Source of the DNA: Lysobacteraceae bacterium
Lineage (GTDB): Bacteria; Pseudomonadota; Gammaproteobacteria; Xanthomonadales; Xanthomonadaceae
Length of the DNA: 61,811 nt
Direction: 5' to 3'
NCBI GenBank assembly: GCA_035759645.1
Contig: DASTUL010000031.1
Location: 1 to 61,811 of the forward strand
In this document: positions 7,770-16,648 of the stretch, piece by piece
Layout: the number at the start of each line of letters is the position of its first letter
Numbering within the stretch: the stretch's first letter is position 1
Program-made: the position numbers and the translations under genes
Notes under the pieces: model-generated
What the model was told of the DNA's origin: nothing
Databases searched by the model: none
The model's input: the letters and a program-made list of their open reading frames with translations, nothing else

Positions 7770-9260
7770 TCATTCCCGGAACCCCTTCTGCCCAGGATAG
7801 GCGAGATTCTCGGCTTCCTCTATGCGCGCCCCAGCATCCGCCACCGGCGCCGGCACCTGCGCCGGCACCTCCGACGGGATCGCGATCGCATCCGGACCCA
7901 CCGGCAGCATCGTCGCCTCTCGCCACCTTCCCCACTTGTAGTACGCCAGCGACGCCACCATCGCCACGAACGCGCTGACCGGGAAGCTCCACCAGATCGC
8001 ATCCACCCCCAGCTCCGGCTGCAGCCAGTTGGCGAACGGGATGCGCACACCCCACAGCGCCACGCCCAGGATCACCAGCGGCGGGATTACCGCGCCGGTC
8101 GAGCGCACCACGCCGGCTACCACGAACGTCACGCCGAAGAACAGGAACGACCACACCGCGATGCGGTTGAGGTGACGGGCGATCTCCAGCGCCTCGCTGC
8201 CGGCCGGCATGAACCACGACAGCGTGAACTGGTCGAGCAGGATCAGCGGCGCGATCAGCGCGCCGGTCAGCAGGAAGTTGAAGGCGATGCCCGTGCGGGC
8301 GGTCGCGTTCACGCGGTCCCACTTCAGCGCGCCCACATTTTGCGCAGCCATCGAGGAACACGCGGCGCCGATCGCCATCGCCGGCATCTGCACATAGGTC
8401 CACAACTGCATCGCGGCGCCGTAGGCCGCGGTGGTGTCGGTGCCGTACTGGTTGACCATCACGATCATCGCGATCAGCGCCAGCGAAATCACCACCATCT
8501 GCAGGCCCATCGGCACGCCCTTGACCACCATCGTGCGCACGATGGTCCAGTCGGGGAGGTACAGTCGGTTCTCGTCGCGGCTGATCCACAGCGGATGCCG
8601 CTTGTGCCGCAGCCACAGGACCATCGCAGGCAGGGCGATCAGGTTGGCCACCAACGTCGCCATCGCGCTGCCGGCCATGCCCATTTCGGGCAGGGGCCCG
8701 ACGCCGAACATCAGCAACGGCACCAGCCCGATGTCCAGCGCCACCGCCAGCAGCAGGAACAGGAACGGTGTGCGGGTGTCGCCCGCGCCGCGCAGGATCG
8801 CCGACAGGAACGCGAACGCGTACAGCAGCGGCAGCGCCAGGAAGATGACGCGGATGTAGGCAACGGCCAGCGGCATCGCGTCGGCAGGGGTGGCCATCCA
8901 ACCCAGCACGCGCTCGGCCAGCACCCAGCCGATCGCGGCCAGCACCACCGACAACAACAGGAAGAACGTCGCCGCGCTGCCGATCACCTTGCGCGCGCCC
9001 GCCAGGTCCTTCCGCCCCATCGCCTGCCCGACCAGGATCGTCGAGGCCATGCCGAAGCCGAAGATCCCGCCCAGCAGGAAGAACATGATGTTGTTGGCGT
9101 TGGCGATCGCCACCAGCGCCTCTTCGCCCAGGAAGCGCCCGACCCAGATCGCATTGACCGAGCCGTTGAGGGACTGCAGGACGTTGGCGCCGAGGATCGG
9201 CAGGGCGAAAGCGAAGAGGGTGGGCCCGATGGGGCCGGTGGTGAGGTCGCGACGCTGCAT
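7770..9260 (-). CDS. MATE family efflux transporter
   Basis: MQRRDLTTGPIGPTLFAFALPILGANVLQSLNGSVNAIWVGRF is a typical MATE N-terminus, and the protein is polytopic. The track ORF 7770..9587 was trimmed to ATG 9260. Confidence 0.85.
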   Translation of the reverse strand: MQRRDLTTGPIGPTLFAFALPILGANVLQSLNGSVNAIWVGRFLGEEALVAIANANNIMFFLLGGIFGFGMASTILVGQAMGRKDLAGARKVIGSAATFFLLLSVVLAAIGWVLAERVLGWMATPADAMPLAVAYIRVIFLALPLLYAFAFLSAILRGAGDTRTPFLFLLLAVALDIGLVPLLMFGVGPLPEMGMAGSAMATLVANLIALPAMVLWLRHKRHPLWISRDENRLYLPDWTIVRTMVVKGVPMGLQMVVISLALIAMIVMVNQYGTDTTAAYGAAMQLWTYVQMPAMAIGAACSSMAAQNVGALKWDRVNATARTGIAFNFLLTGALIAPLILLDQFTLSWFMPAGSEALEIARHLNRIAVWSFLFFGVTFVVAGVVRSTGAVIPPLVILGVALWGVRIPFANWLQPELGVDAIWWSFPVSAFVAMVASLAYYKWGRWREATMLPVGPDAIAIPSEVPAQVPAPVADAGARIEEAENLAYPGQKGFRE

Positions 9261-9316
9261 TGCGGCAGGGTAGCGACCGGGGGTGCAGCCGGCGCGAAAT
9301 CGGGCATCCTCGACGC

Positions 9317-9913
9317 ATGGCGGACAAGACCTTCTCGCCGGCGTGCGAGCGCAATCGCGAGCCGATCCTGGCGGTGCTGCAAAGGCATTTCTCCGGGCGC
9401 CATCGCGTGCTCGAAATCGGCAGCGGCACCGGGCAGCACGCGGTGCACTTTGCCGCGGCGATGCCATCCCTAACGTGGCAGTGTTCGGACGTCGCCGCAC
9501 ACCTGCCGGACATCGAGGCCTGGCTCGCGGACGCGGCGCTACCCAACACGCCGCCGCCCATCGAACTCGACGTCTCGCGCGGGCCATGGCCCCGGAACCG
9601 TTTCGACGCGGTCTTCAGCGCCAACACGTTGCACATCATGGGCTGGCCGAAAGTCGAGGCCTTTTTCGCCGGACTGCCGACGGTGCTGGAAGGCAAGGCG
9701 ACCGTCGTGGTCTACGGCCCCTTCAACTACGGCGGCGACTACACCAGCAGCAGCAACCGGGAGTTCGACGACTGGCTGAAGGCACGCGACTCCCGGTCCG
9801 GCATCCGCGACTTCGAATCGGTCGATGCCCTGGCCCGCGCCATCGGGCTGGAGCTCGTCGAGGACGTGGCGATGCCGGCCAACAATCGGTGCCTCGCCTG
9901 GCACCGCGGGTGA
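9317..9913 (+). CDS. DUF938-type class I SAM-dependent methyltransferase-like protein
   Basis: FSPACERNREPILAVL, the SAM-binding loop VLEIGSGTGQHAVHFA, and LTWQCSD. Divergent from the MATE gene. Confidence 0.7.
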   Translation: MADKTFSPACERNREPILAVLQRHFSGRHRVLEIGSGTGQHAVHFAAAMPSLTWQCSDVAAHLPDIEAWLADAALPNTPPPIELDVSRGPWPRNRFDAVFSANTLHIMGWPKVEAFFAGLPTVLEGKATVVVYGPFNYGGDYTSSSNREFDDWLKARDSRSGIRDFESVDALARAIGLELVEDVAMPANNRCLAWHRG

Positions 9914-10007
9914 GCCTGTCCGGTCCGCCCCCGGACCTCCGTATCCTCCGCCAACCGCGCCATCCGGCACGGGCGGCCGGAACCGGCCAGACACCAGGGG
10001 ACACACC

Positions 10008-10583
10008 ATGCGGAACCGTTTCGTTTCGACCTGCCTCGCACTCCTCGTCGCCATGCCTGCGGCCGTCCTGGCCGCCGACGTCACCCCCGGCACCTACATG
10101 CTCGAGGGCGGCAGCTACATGATCGAGGTCGCGCCCACCAGCGACGGCCTGGTGGTCCACGAGCCCAACAAGGATTCGCCGTACACCCGTGTCAACGACA
10201 CCGACTTCCACTTCTGGAACGACAACACGCAGACCACCTACGGCATCCGCTACCTCGACGAGCGCACCATCGAGGCGTTCAAGCCCGACGTGCCGGGCAA
10301 CGTGGGCTCGCGTCTGGTGCTGGTTGGCGGCAGCGGTGCTGACGCGGTGGTCGAGAACGACGACAGCGCGCATTGGGAAGCGCTGGCGCAGCAGTACGCC
10401 ACGCGGATCGAGAACGAGCCGGAGAACGTCCAGGCGTGGGCCGCTTGCGCCGGTGTGGCGATGAAGCGTTCCATCTCCACCCAAGCCGATGCCGATGCGT
10501 ATGCGGGCGAGATGGCGGCGATGCTGCAGTTGATGATGCCGGCGGGTGCGGGATCGCCGTGCCCGGAAGTGTTTACGTTCTGA
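10008..10583 (+). CDS. Secreted hypothetical protein
   Basis: Signal peptide MRNRFVSTCLALLVAMPAAVLAA and high third-position GC. No domain recognised. Confidence 0.5.
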   Translation: MRNRFVSTCLALLVAMPAAVLAADVTPGTYMLEGGSYMIEVAPTSDGLVVHEPNKDSPYTRVNDTDFHFWNDNTQTTYGIRYLDERTIEAFKPDVPGNVGSRLVLVGGSGADAVVENDDSAHWEALAQQYATRIENEPENVQAWAACAGVAMKRSISTQADADAYAGEMAAMLQLMMPAGAGSPCPEVFTF

Positions 10584-10590
10584 AGGCTTG

Positions 10591-10730
10591 ACCCGGATTC
10601 CGCTGCGCTGCATCCGGGCTACGCGCAAGTCGTAGCCCGGATGAAGGCCGAAGGCCGTAATCCGGGTCCGGGACGACGTAGCCCGGATGAAGGCCGAAGG
10701 CCGCAATCCGGGTCGCGCGCGGCATCCGGG
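10591..10730. repeat. REP family C cluster (a doublet plus an extra arm) upstream of hipBA-2
   Basis: Sequence cccggattccgctgcgctgcatccgggctacg / cgtagcccggatgaaggccgaaggccgtaatccggg, followed by a second copy of the right arm (10677-10712). Confidence 0.85.
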
Positions 10731-10733
10731 TGA

Positions 10734-10753
10734 TTATTCCCGCTCGGGAATAA
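10734..10753 (+). promoter_or_regulatory. Operator-like palindrome O1 (TTATTCCCG-ct-CGGGAATAA)
   Basis: Perfect 9+9 inverted repeat immediately upstream of the -35 element of the hipB-2 promoter. Confidence 0.5.
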
Positions 10754-10758
10754 ATGGG

Positions 10759-10787
10759 TTGACATTCCGTTGTGCGCGGCAGATATT
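10759..10787 (+). promoter_or_regulatory. Sigma70-like promoter of hipBA-2
   Basis: TTGACA (10759-10764), an exact 17-nt spacer, then GATATT (10782-10787). Confidence 0.55.
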
Positions 10788-10802
10788 CCCGATCAGGAAT
10801 AT
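10783..10802 (+). promoter_or_regulatory. Operator-like palindrome O2 (ATATTCC-cgatca-GGAATAT) overlapping the -10
   Basis: Inverted repeat that shares the TTCC...GGAA core with O1 and O3. Confidence 0.5.
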
Positions 10803-10820
10803 CAACCGCGACTCGTTAGA

Positions 10821-11060
10821 ATGCAACCCAAGAATTCCCGATCGGGAACATCGTCGCTCCACCCGGACCTCGAAGCCATCGCCACCGAGGTCCGGCAGGC
10901 GCGTCATCGCCATGGCCTGACCCAAGCCGAATTGGCGGGCCTGGCGGGAACCGGCATCCGGTTCGTGGGAGACCTCGAGCGCGCCAAGCCGCGCTTGTCA
11001 CTGGACAAGGTCCTAGCCGTGTTGGCGGCGCTCGGCCTGCGGTTGCAAGTCGCACCATGA
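10821..11060 (+). CDS. hipB: XRE-family HTH antitoxin, HipB-like (module 2)
   Basis: HTH segment HGLTQAELAGLAGTGIRFVGDLE. 4-nt overlap with the downstream hipA. The start is uncertain (ATG 10821 or TTG 10770). Confidence 0.65.
   Translation: MQPKNSRSGTSSLHPDLEAIATEVRQARHRHGLTQAELAGLAGTGIRFVGDLERAKPRLSLDKVLAVLAALGLRLQVAP
10835..10848 (+). promoter_or_regulatory. Operator-like palindrome O3 (TTCCCG-at-CGGGAA)
   Basis: Perfect palindrome just inside the 5' end of the hipB-2 reading frame. Confidence 0.45.
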
Positions 11061-12352
11061 CGATCGGCCCCGACCGGCTGGTCGTCCGGCTGTTCGGGGA
11101 GCCGGCGGGCAAGCTGGAAATCGACGGTCCGCTGCACAGTCCGGAAGACTGGCGCTTCCGATACTACGAGGCCTACCTGGCCCGAGCGGAAAGCTGCCCG
11201 CTCTCGACCACGCTGCCATTGCGCCCGCAACCTTTCGAAGGTGCGGTCGTGCGCAACTGGTTCTGCAACCTGTTGCCGGAAGGCTTGGTGCGCGAGGCGA
11301 TCGAGCAGCGGCTGCGCATTCCCCCGCGGGACGACTTCGCGATGCTGGCCGCAATCGGCGGCGAGTGCGCTGGTGCAGTCAGCATCGGACCGCGCGGAAG
11401 CGCGGCGCCCGATGACATGCCATCCGATGCGGCCGACCTCGCAACGACGCTCCAGGTGCATGACGGCGACGAAGCCGGCGAGGGCGCCTGGGCCGCAATC
11501 GCCGCGCCGAACCGCCTTACGCTCGCGGGCGCGCAAGACAAGATCGCGGTCGTGGTCGAACCCGGCGGCCAGCTGCGCCTGCCGCGGCTCGGCGAGCCGA
11601 GCACCCACATCCTCAAGCCCGAAAGCAGGGTGCTGCCTGGGTTGCGGGACCTGGAGCTGCTGGGGCTGACTCTTGCCCGGGCCGTTGGCCTGCAGGCCGT
11701 CGCGGCCAGTCCTGTCGACATTGCCGGTCGGAAGGCGTTGCTGGTGGAACGCTACGACCGGGCACTCGACCGCGACGACAACCGCGTCCGGCTGCACCAG
11801 GAAGACTTCTGCCAGGCGCTGGGCATGCCGGGGGAGTTGAAGTACCAGGCCCAGGGCGGGCCGTCGCTCGCGCGCTGCGCCGGATTGCTTCGCACGACGT
11901 TGCGCCTCGGGCCGCCCGCGCTGCAGGGCTTCCTGGACTGGATCATCTACAACGTGCTCATCGGGAATGCCGATGCGCATGCCAAGAACCTGGCGCTCCT
12001 CCGGGACGCAGCCGGGACCCTCGCACTGGCGCCGTTCTACGACATGGTCCCGACGATCGTGTATCCCGAATCCATGGTGGAGCGCACGCCGGCGCTCGAC
12101 ATTGGCGGCGCACCGCGGATCGACGCGGTCGAGCGCCGCCATTGGGAACGGCTGGCGACCGAAACGGGTTACGCGCGTGGCTTCGTCATGCGCCGGGTGT
12201 CGGAACTCGCCGGCGCGGTGGTCGAAGCGATGCCCAATGCAGTCGCAGTACTGGTCGAAGGGACGGCTGACGCCACGCGCGTCGAACGCGCAGCGTCGGT
12301 GATCGTCGCCAACGCAACGGCAACGAAACAGCGCGCTCTCCTGGCTGGGTGA
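11057..12352 (+). CDS. hipA: HipA-family serine/threonine kinase toxin (module 2)
   Basis: Motifs LAGAQDKIAVV, STHILKP, LLVERYDR, and the catalytic segment GNADAHAKNLALL. Confidence 0.85.
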   Translation: MTIGPDRLVVRLFGEPAGKLEIDGPLHSPEDWRFRYYEAYLARAESCPLSTTLPLRPQPFEGAVVRNWFCNLLPEGLVREAIEQRLRIPPRDDFAMLAAIGGECAGAVSIGPRGSAAPDDMPSDAADLATTLQVHDGDEAGEGAWAAIAAPNRLTLAGAQDKIAVVVEPGGQLRLPRLGEPSTHILKPESRVLPGLRDLELLGLTLARAVGLQAVAASPVDIAGRKALLVERYDRALDRDDNRVRLHQEDFCQALGMPGELKYQAQGGPSLARCAGLLRTTLRLGPPALQGFLDWIIYNVLIGNADAHAKNLALLRDAAGTLALAPFYDMVPTIVYPESMVERTPALDIGGAPRIDAVERRHWERLATETGYARGFVMRRVSELAGAVVEAMPNAVAVLVEGTADATRVERAASVIVANATATKQRALLAG

Positions 12353-12434
12353 CCCGGATTTCGCTGCGCTGCATCCGGGCTACGGGGATCGGCAGGATCG
12401 GTAGCCCGGATGGAGGCCGCAGGCCGCAATCCGG
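12353..12434. repeat. REP family C doublet downstream of hipBA-2
   Basis: Sequence cccggatttcgctgcgctgcatccgggctacg ... gtagcccggatggaggccgcaggccgcaatccgggg. It has the same orientation as the 10591 cluster. Confidence 0.85.
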
Positions 12435-12538
12435 GGCCGTTGTCCGGCCCGCCCACCCGTGACCCCGGCCCCGTTCCTCGGTGCACGCGTGGGGTAGGCT
12501 TGGGGCTCGCCGTAGTGCGTGTCCAAGGGAGCGATGGA

Positions 12539-13750
12539 ATGGCCCTGTCGGCTTTGCGCGTGATGGTGGTGGAGGACCACGGCTTCCAGCGACGCATGGC
12601 GCTGCGGCTGCTGGCGGAACTGGGGATCGAGGACGTGCGCGAGGCCGGCGACGGCGCGGGCGCGCTCGAGACATTGCGCGGGCTCGTGCGCGATGCCCCC
12701 GGCGCTTCGCCCGAGGTCGTCCTGGTCGACCTCGACATGCCCGGCATGGACGGGGTGGAGTTCATCGAGCACGTGGCGCGCGAGCACCTGGCCCCCGCGG
12801 TGGTGCTGGTGAGCGCACTCGACCCGGCGTTGCTCAACACCGTGCAGGCGATGACCCGCGCCTACGGGTTGCGCGTGTTCGGCTGCGTCGAGAAGCCGCT
12901 GACGCTGGCGAAACTGCAGGACGTCCTGTCGCGCTCGGACGACGAACTGCATCCGGCCGCCGTGGCCGAGCCGCCGGACGTGCCCGTCGAGTCGCTGCGG
13001 CACGCGCTGGCGCAAGGCAACGTGCTGCCGTGGTTCCAGCTGCAGGTGGAGATCGCCAACGGCAAGCCGGTGGCCGTCGAGGCACTGGCCCGCTGGGAGC
13101 GACCGGACGGCGGCGTGATCCTGCCGCGCCACTTCGTGCCCGTGCTTGAACGCGAGGGCCTGGCGGGCGCGCTCACCGAGGCGATGCTCGACCAGGGCTG
13201 CCGCTGGGTGAAGCGCTGGGAGCAACAGGGCCTGTGCCTGGGCCTGTCGGTCAACGTGTCGCCCGCGACGCTCACGAACCCGGACAGTGCCGACCACTAC
13301 CAGCGCATCGTGAAGTCGCACGGCGTGGACCCGGCCGACGTGGTGCTGGAGATCACGGAGGGCTCGGTGATGACCGACGCGGCCACCACGCTCGGCGTGC
13401 TCGCGCGGTTGCGACTGAAGGGCTTCGGCCTGTCGGTAGACGATTTCGGCACGGGTTATTCCTCGCTGTCGCAGTTGTCGCAGGTGCCCTTCACCGAACT
13501 GAAGATCGATCAGGTCTTCGTGTCCGGCGCCAATACACAGCCGCGGCAGCGGGCGATGATCGAGGCGAGCCTGGACCTGGCGCGCAAGCTCGGCTTGACC
13601 GTGGTGGCCGAGGGCGTGGAAACCGTCGAGGAATGGCGCCTGCTCGCGGAGCTGGGCTGCGGCATGGCCCAGGGCCATCTAGTGGCGCGTCCGGTGCCGG
13701 GCGAGGAACTTCCCGAGGCGCTCGGGAAGTGGCGCCGCCCGGAATGCTGA
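12539..13750 (+). CDS. Response regulator with REC + EAL (c-di-GMP phosphodiesterase) domains, RocR-like
   Basis: REC domain (RVMVVEDHGFQR, VLVDLDMPGMDG). EAL domain (AVEALARWERPDG, VNVSP, EITEG, DDFGTGYSSL, LKIDQ). Confidence 0.85.
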   Translation: MALSALRVMVVEDHGFQRRMALRLLAELGIEDVREAGDGAGALETLRGLVRDAPGASPEVVLVDLDMPGMDGVEFIEHVAREHLAPAVVLVSALDPALLNTVQAMTRAYGLRVFGCVEKPLTLAKLQDVLSRSDDELHPAAVAEPPDVPVESLRHALAQGNVLPWFQLQVEIANGKPVAVEALARWERPDGGVILPRHFVPVLEREGLAGALTEAMLDQGCRWVKRWEQQGLCLGLSVNVSPATLTNPDSADHYQRIVKSHGVDPADVVLEITEGSVMTDAATTLGVLARLRLKGFGLSVDDFGTGYSSLSQLSQVPFTELKIDQVFVSGANTQPRQRAMIEASLDLARKLGLTVVAEGVETVEEWRLLAELGCGMAQGHLVARPVPGEELPEALGKWRRPEC

Positions 13751-13760
13751 GCCGCCGCGG

Positions 13761-15965
13761 ATGAAGCGACGGCTGGTCGCCTGGTTTTCCCGGCGCGTCC
13801 TGCGCAACCTTTACGCCCGCGCCCGCGCCGAGGTGGCGGAGGCCGAGGCGAGGCTGACCGAACAGCTCGCACGCAACGAAGCGGTGCGCGCCGAGCTCGC
13901 GCGCCGCGAACTGTTCCTGCGTTCGCTGCTGGATGCGGCACAGGTCGCGATCATGGCCATCGACCACGAGGGCCGCTGGAGCGTGTTCAATCCCGCCGCG
14001 GAACGCCTGCTCGGCTGGCGCGCGGACGAGGTGATCGGCCGGCGCGTGCGTTACGGCGATGCCGCGCCGGACGACGCGCCGCTCCTCGTGACGCCCGGGC
14101 AGGTCGAGGACACCGCGGCCTGGTTGCGCCAGAAGCTCGGCCGGCACGTCCCGGACGACTGGCGCGCGCTGTATGCGCTGGCCGACCTGCGTCAGCCGCC
14201 GGCCGAGTCGCGGATGCTGCATCGCGACGGCCGGGAGGTGCCGGTGCTGCTCGCGCTGTCCGCGTTCGACGACGCGCAGGGCCAGCGCGCGGGGATGATC
14301 GCGGTGGCCGCCGACCTCACGCAGATCAAGCGGCTGGAAGCCGACCTGCGCGACAGCGAAGCGCGCGCGCACGCCGCCAGCCAGGCCAAGAGCGCGTTCC
14401 TGGCGACGATGAGCCACGAGATCCGCACGCCGATGATCGGCGTCACCGGCATGCTCGAAGTGCTGGCGCATTCCAAGCTGGAGGGCGACCAGCGGCATGC
14501 GCTCAACGTAATCCAGCAGTCGGCGCAGTCGCTGCTGCAGGTGGTCGGCGACATCCTGGATTTCTCGAAGATCGAAGCGGGTCGGCTGGACCTGGTGGCG
14601 GTGCCGACGGACCTTGGACGGTTGCTGCGCGGCACCGTCGCGAACTTCACTGGCGCGGCGTCGAGCAAGGGACTGCGGTTGTCGGCGACGGTCGACGAGC
14701 GCGTTGCCGCGGCGCACCTCGCGGACCCGATGCGGTTGCGCCAGGTGCTCGCCAACTGCCTGTCGAACGCGATCAAGTTCACGCCGTCGGGCAGCGTGGA
14801 AGCCGCGCTGGAACACGAAGGCACCGACGACGATGGCGTGGCGGAACGGTTGTGCTTCCGCGTCACCGACACCGGCATCGGCATCGACCCGACGCGCCAG
14901 GAGCTGCTCTTCCAACCGTTCGCACAGGCAGAGGGCGATACCAGCCGGCACTACGGCGGCACCGGCCTGGGCCTGGCGATCAGCCGGCACCTCGCCGGGC
15001 TGATGGGCGGCGAACTCGTGCTCGACAGCGCGCCCGGCACCGGGACGACCTTGCGCCTGCGCGTGGCGCTGCCGCGCGCGGATCCCGCCGACGTGGTGGC
15101 GGACCAGGCGCTGGCCGGCAGCAAGGGCGGCGCCATCCATGCGCGCCCGTTGCCGACGACTGCACAGGCGCGCGCGGACGGGACGCTGGTGTTGCTGGTC
15201 GACGACCACCCGACCAATCGCCTGGTGATCGCGCGCCAACTCGCACTGGCCGGCTTCGCCAGCGAGGCCGCGAACGAGGGCAGTGAAGGCCTGGAACGTT
15301 GGCGCGCCGGCAATTACGGGCTGGTGCTGTCCGACGTGCACATGCCCGGCCTGGACGGCTACGCGCTGGCGCGTGCGATCCGCAGGGAGGAAGCCGAAAC
15401 CGGGCGCCTCCGCACGCCTATCGTCGCGCTGACCGCCGCCGCGTTGAAGGGGGAGGCCGAGCGGTGCCTGGCGGCGGGCATGGACGATTACCTGGCCAAG
15501 CCGGTGCCCGTCGCGACGCTGGCCGCTTGCCTGCAGCGTTGGCTGCCGCAGGCGGCGCCCGGGGATGTCGCCGCCGGCAACGAATCGGCGACGCCGTTGC
15601 CGCAGCTCGGCCAGCCAGCCGCGCTCGATCCCGCCGTGCTTGCGTCGCTCACCGGGCGCGATGACGCGACGAGCCGGCAGTTGCTCGAGGACTTCATGGA
15701 CACGACCGCCGACGACCTCGCCGCGCTCGACGCCGCGCGCGGTGCCGGCGACGCGCCCGCGATCGCCAGCCAGGCGCACCGCATCAAGGGCGCCGCGCGG
15801 CTGGTTGGCGCGCTGGAACTGGCTGCGTGCGCGGACCTGCTGGAAGCCGCCGCGGGCGACGACGACTGGGACGCATTGCTCCCGCTGGCGGCCGACCTCC
15901 CCACCGCCGTGCAGCGGCTGCGCCTGGTCATCGACGCCTGCGCGCGCGATACGATGCCGCCGTGA
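13761..15965 (+). CDS. Soluble hybrid sensor histidine kinase (coiled coil-PAS-HisKA-HATPase-REC-Hpt)
   Basis: No TM segment. PAS region (AIDHEGRWSVFNPAAERLLGW). H-box MSHEIRTPM. G-box GGTGLGLAISR. REC (LLVDDHPTNR, SDVHMPGLDG). Hpt (SQAHRIKGAARLVGA). Confidence 0.85.
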   Translation: MKRRLVAWFSRRVLRNLYARARAEVAEAEARLTEQLARNEAVRAELARRELFLRSLLDAAQVAIMAIDHEGRWSVFNPAAERLLGWRADEVIGRRVRYGDAAPDDAPLLVTPGQVEDTAAWLRQKLGRHVPDDWRALYALADLRQPPAESRMLHRDGREVPVLLALSAFDDAQGQRAGMIAVAADLTQIKRLEADLRDSEARAHAASQAKSAFLATMSHEIRTPMIGVTGMLEVLAHSKLEGDQRHALNVIQQSAQSLLQVVGDILDFSKIEAGRLDLVAVPTDLGRLLRGTVANFTGAASSKGLRLSATVDERVAAAHLADPMRLRQVLANCLSNAIKFTPSGSVEAALEHEGTDDDGVAERLCFRVTDTGIGIDPTRQELLFQPFAQAEGDTSRHYGGTGLGLAISRHLAGLMGGELVLDSAPGTGTTLRLRVALPRADPADVVADQALAGSKGGAIHARPLPTTAQARADGTLVLLVDDHPTNRLVIARQLALAGFASEAANEGSEGLERWRAGNYGLVLSDVHMPGLDGYALARAIRREEAETGRLRTPIVALTAAALKGEAERCLAAGMDDYLAKPVPVATLAACLQRWLPQAAPGDVAAGNESATPLPQLGQPAALDPAVLASLTGRDDATSRQLLEDFMDTTADDLAALDAARGAGDAPAIASQAHRIKGAARLVGALELAACADLLEAAAGDDDWDALLPLAADLPTAVQRLRLVIDACARDTMPP

Positions 15966-16645
15966 TCAACAACGCCCTCGACCTGGCGCCGTATCGTCGC
16001 GACCTGCAGGCGCGCGGCCGCGTGCAGGTCCGCGATTTCCTGCAGCCCGACGCAGCCGACAGGCTGCAGGCGTGCCTGCGCGACGAAGTGCCGTGGATCG
16101 TCGGCGAGCGCAACCTGCCCGACCGGCCGGCCCCTGCATTCGGCGAATCCGACCCGGCCTTGCAGGACGCATACGCGCGCGCGGCCGATGGATTCCATTT
16201 TGCGTACGACCGTTACCTGATGGTCGAGGCGCTGAAAGCCGGGCGTGACCCGAGGCTGGTGCTGCATGCGGTGCTGGAGTTCTTCAACAGCCCGCAATTC
16301 CTCGAGTTCATCCGCTGGTTCGGCAACGACCCGGCGATCAACATGGTCGGCGCGCAGGCCACCCGTTACCGGCCCGGCCAGTTCCTGCGCCTGCACGACG
16401 ACCGCCACGAGGAAGAAGGTCGGCGGTATGCCTACGTGCTCAACCTGTCGCGCGAGTGGGAGGCCGACTGGGGCGGCCTGCTGCAGTTCGTGGACGCGCG
16501 CGGCAACGTGATCGAAACCTTCGTCCCGCGCTTCAACTCCCTGAGCCTGTTCAAGGTCCCGGCGGGCCACCTCGTCACCCTGGTGGCGCCCTGGGCCCGA
16601 CAACCACGCCTGGCGATCACCGGCTGGTGGCACGCCAAGGCCTGA
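15962..16645 (+). CDS. 2OG-Fe(II) oxygenase, Ofd1/Tpa1-type prolyl-hydroxylase-like
   Basis: The GTG start overlaps the kinase stop (GTGA). HxD in YRPGQFLRLHDD, RRYAYVLNLSREWEADWGGLLQF, a distal His in PAGHLVT, and RLAITGWW. Confidence 0.7.
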   Translation: MINNALDLAPYRRDLQARGRVQVRDFLQPDAADRLQACLRDEVPWIVGERNLPDRPAPAFGESDPALQDAYARAADGFHFAYDRYLMVEALKAGRDPRLVLHAVLEFFNSPQFLEFIRWFGNDPAINMVGAQATRYRPGQFLRLHDDRHEEEGRRYAYVLNLSREWEADWGGLLQFVDARGNVIETFVPRFNSLSLFKVPAGHLVTLVAPWARQPRLAITGWWHAKA

Positions 16646-16648
16646 GGC

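Noticed and set aside
7770-9587. Long N-terminal extensions suggested by the track. Examples are the 605-aa MATE ORF, 53131..56586 (1151 aa), 48608..51829 (1073 aa), 29783..32167, 27748..29520 and 44007..46442.
   Set aside because: The upstream portions are Arg/Pro-rich, overlap divergent genes or promoters, and precede Met/Val codons that give canonical family N-termini or signal peptides. These ORFs were trimmed accordingly.
9914-10007. Hairpin GGTCCGccccCGGACC after the DUF938 gene as an intrinsic terminator.
   Set aside because: The stem is short and no T-tract follows. There is not enough evidence to call a terminator.
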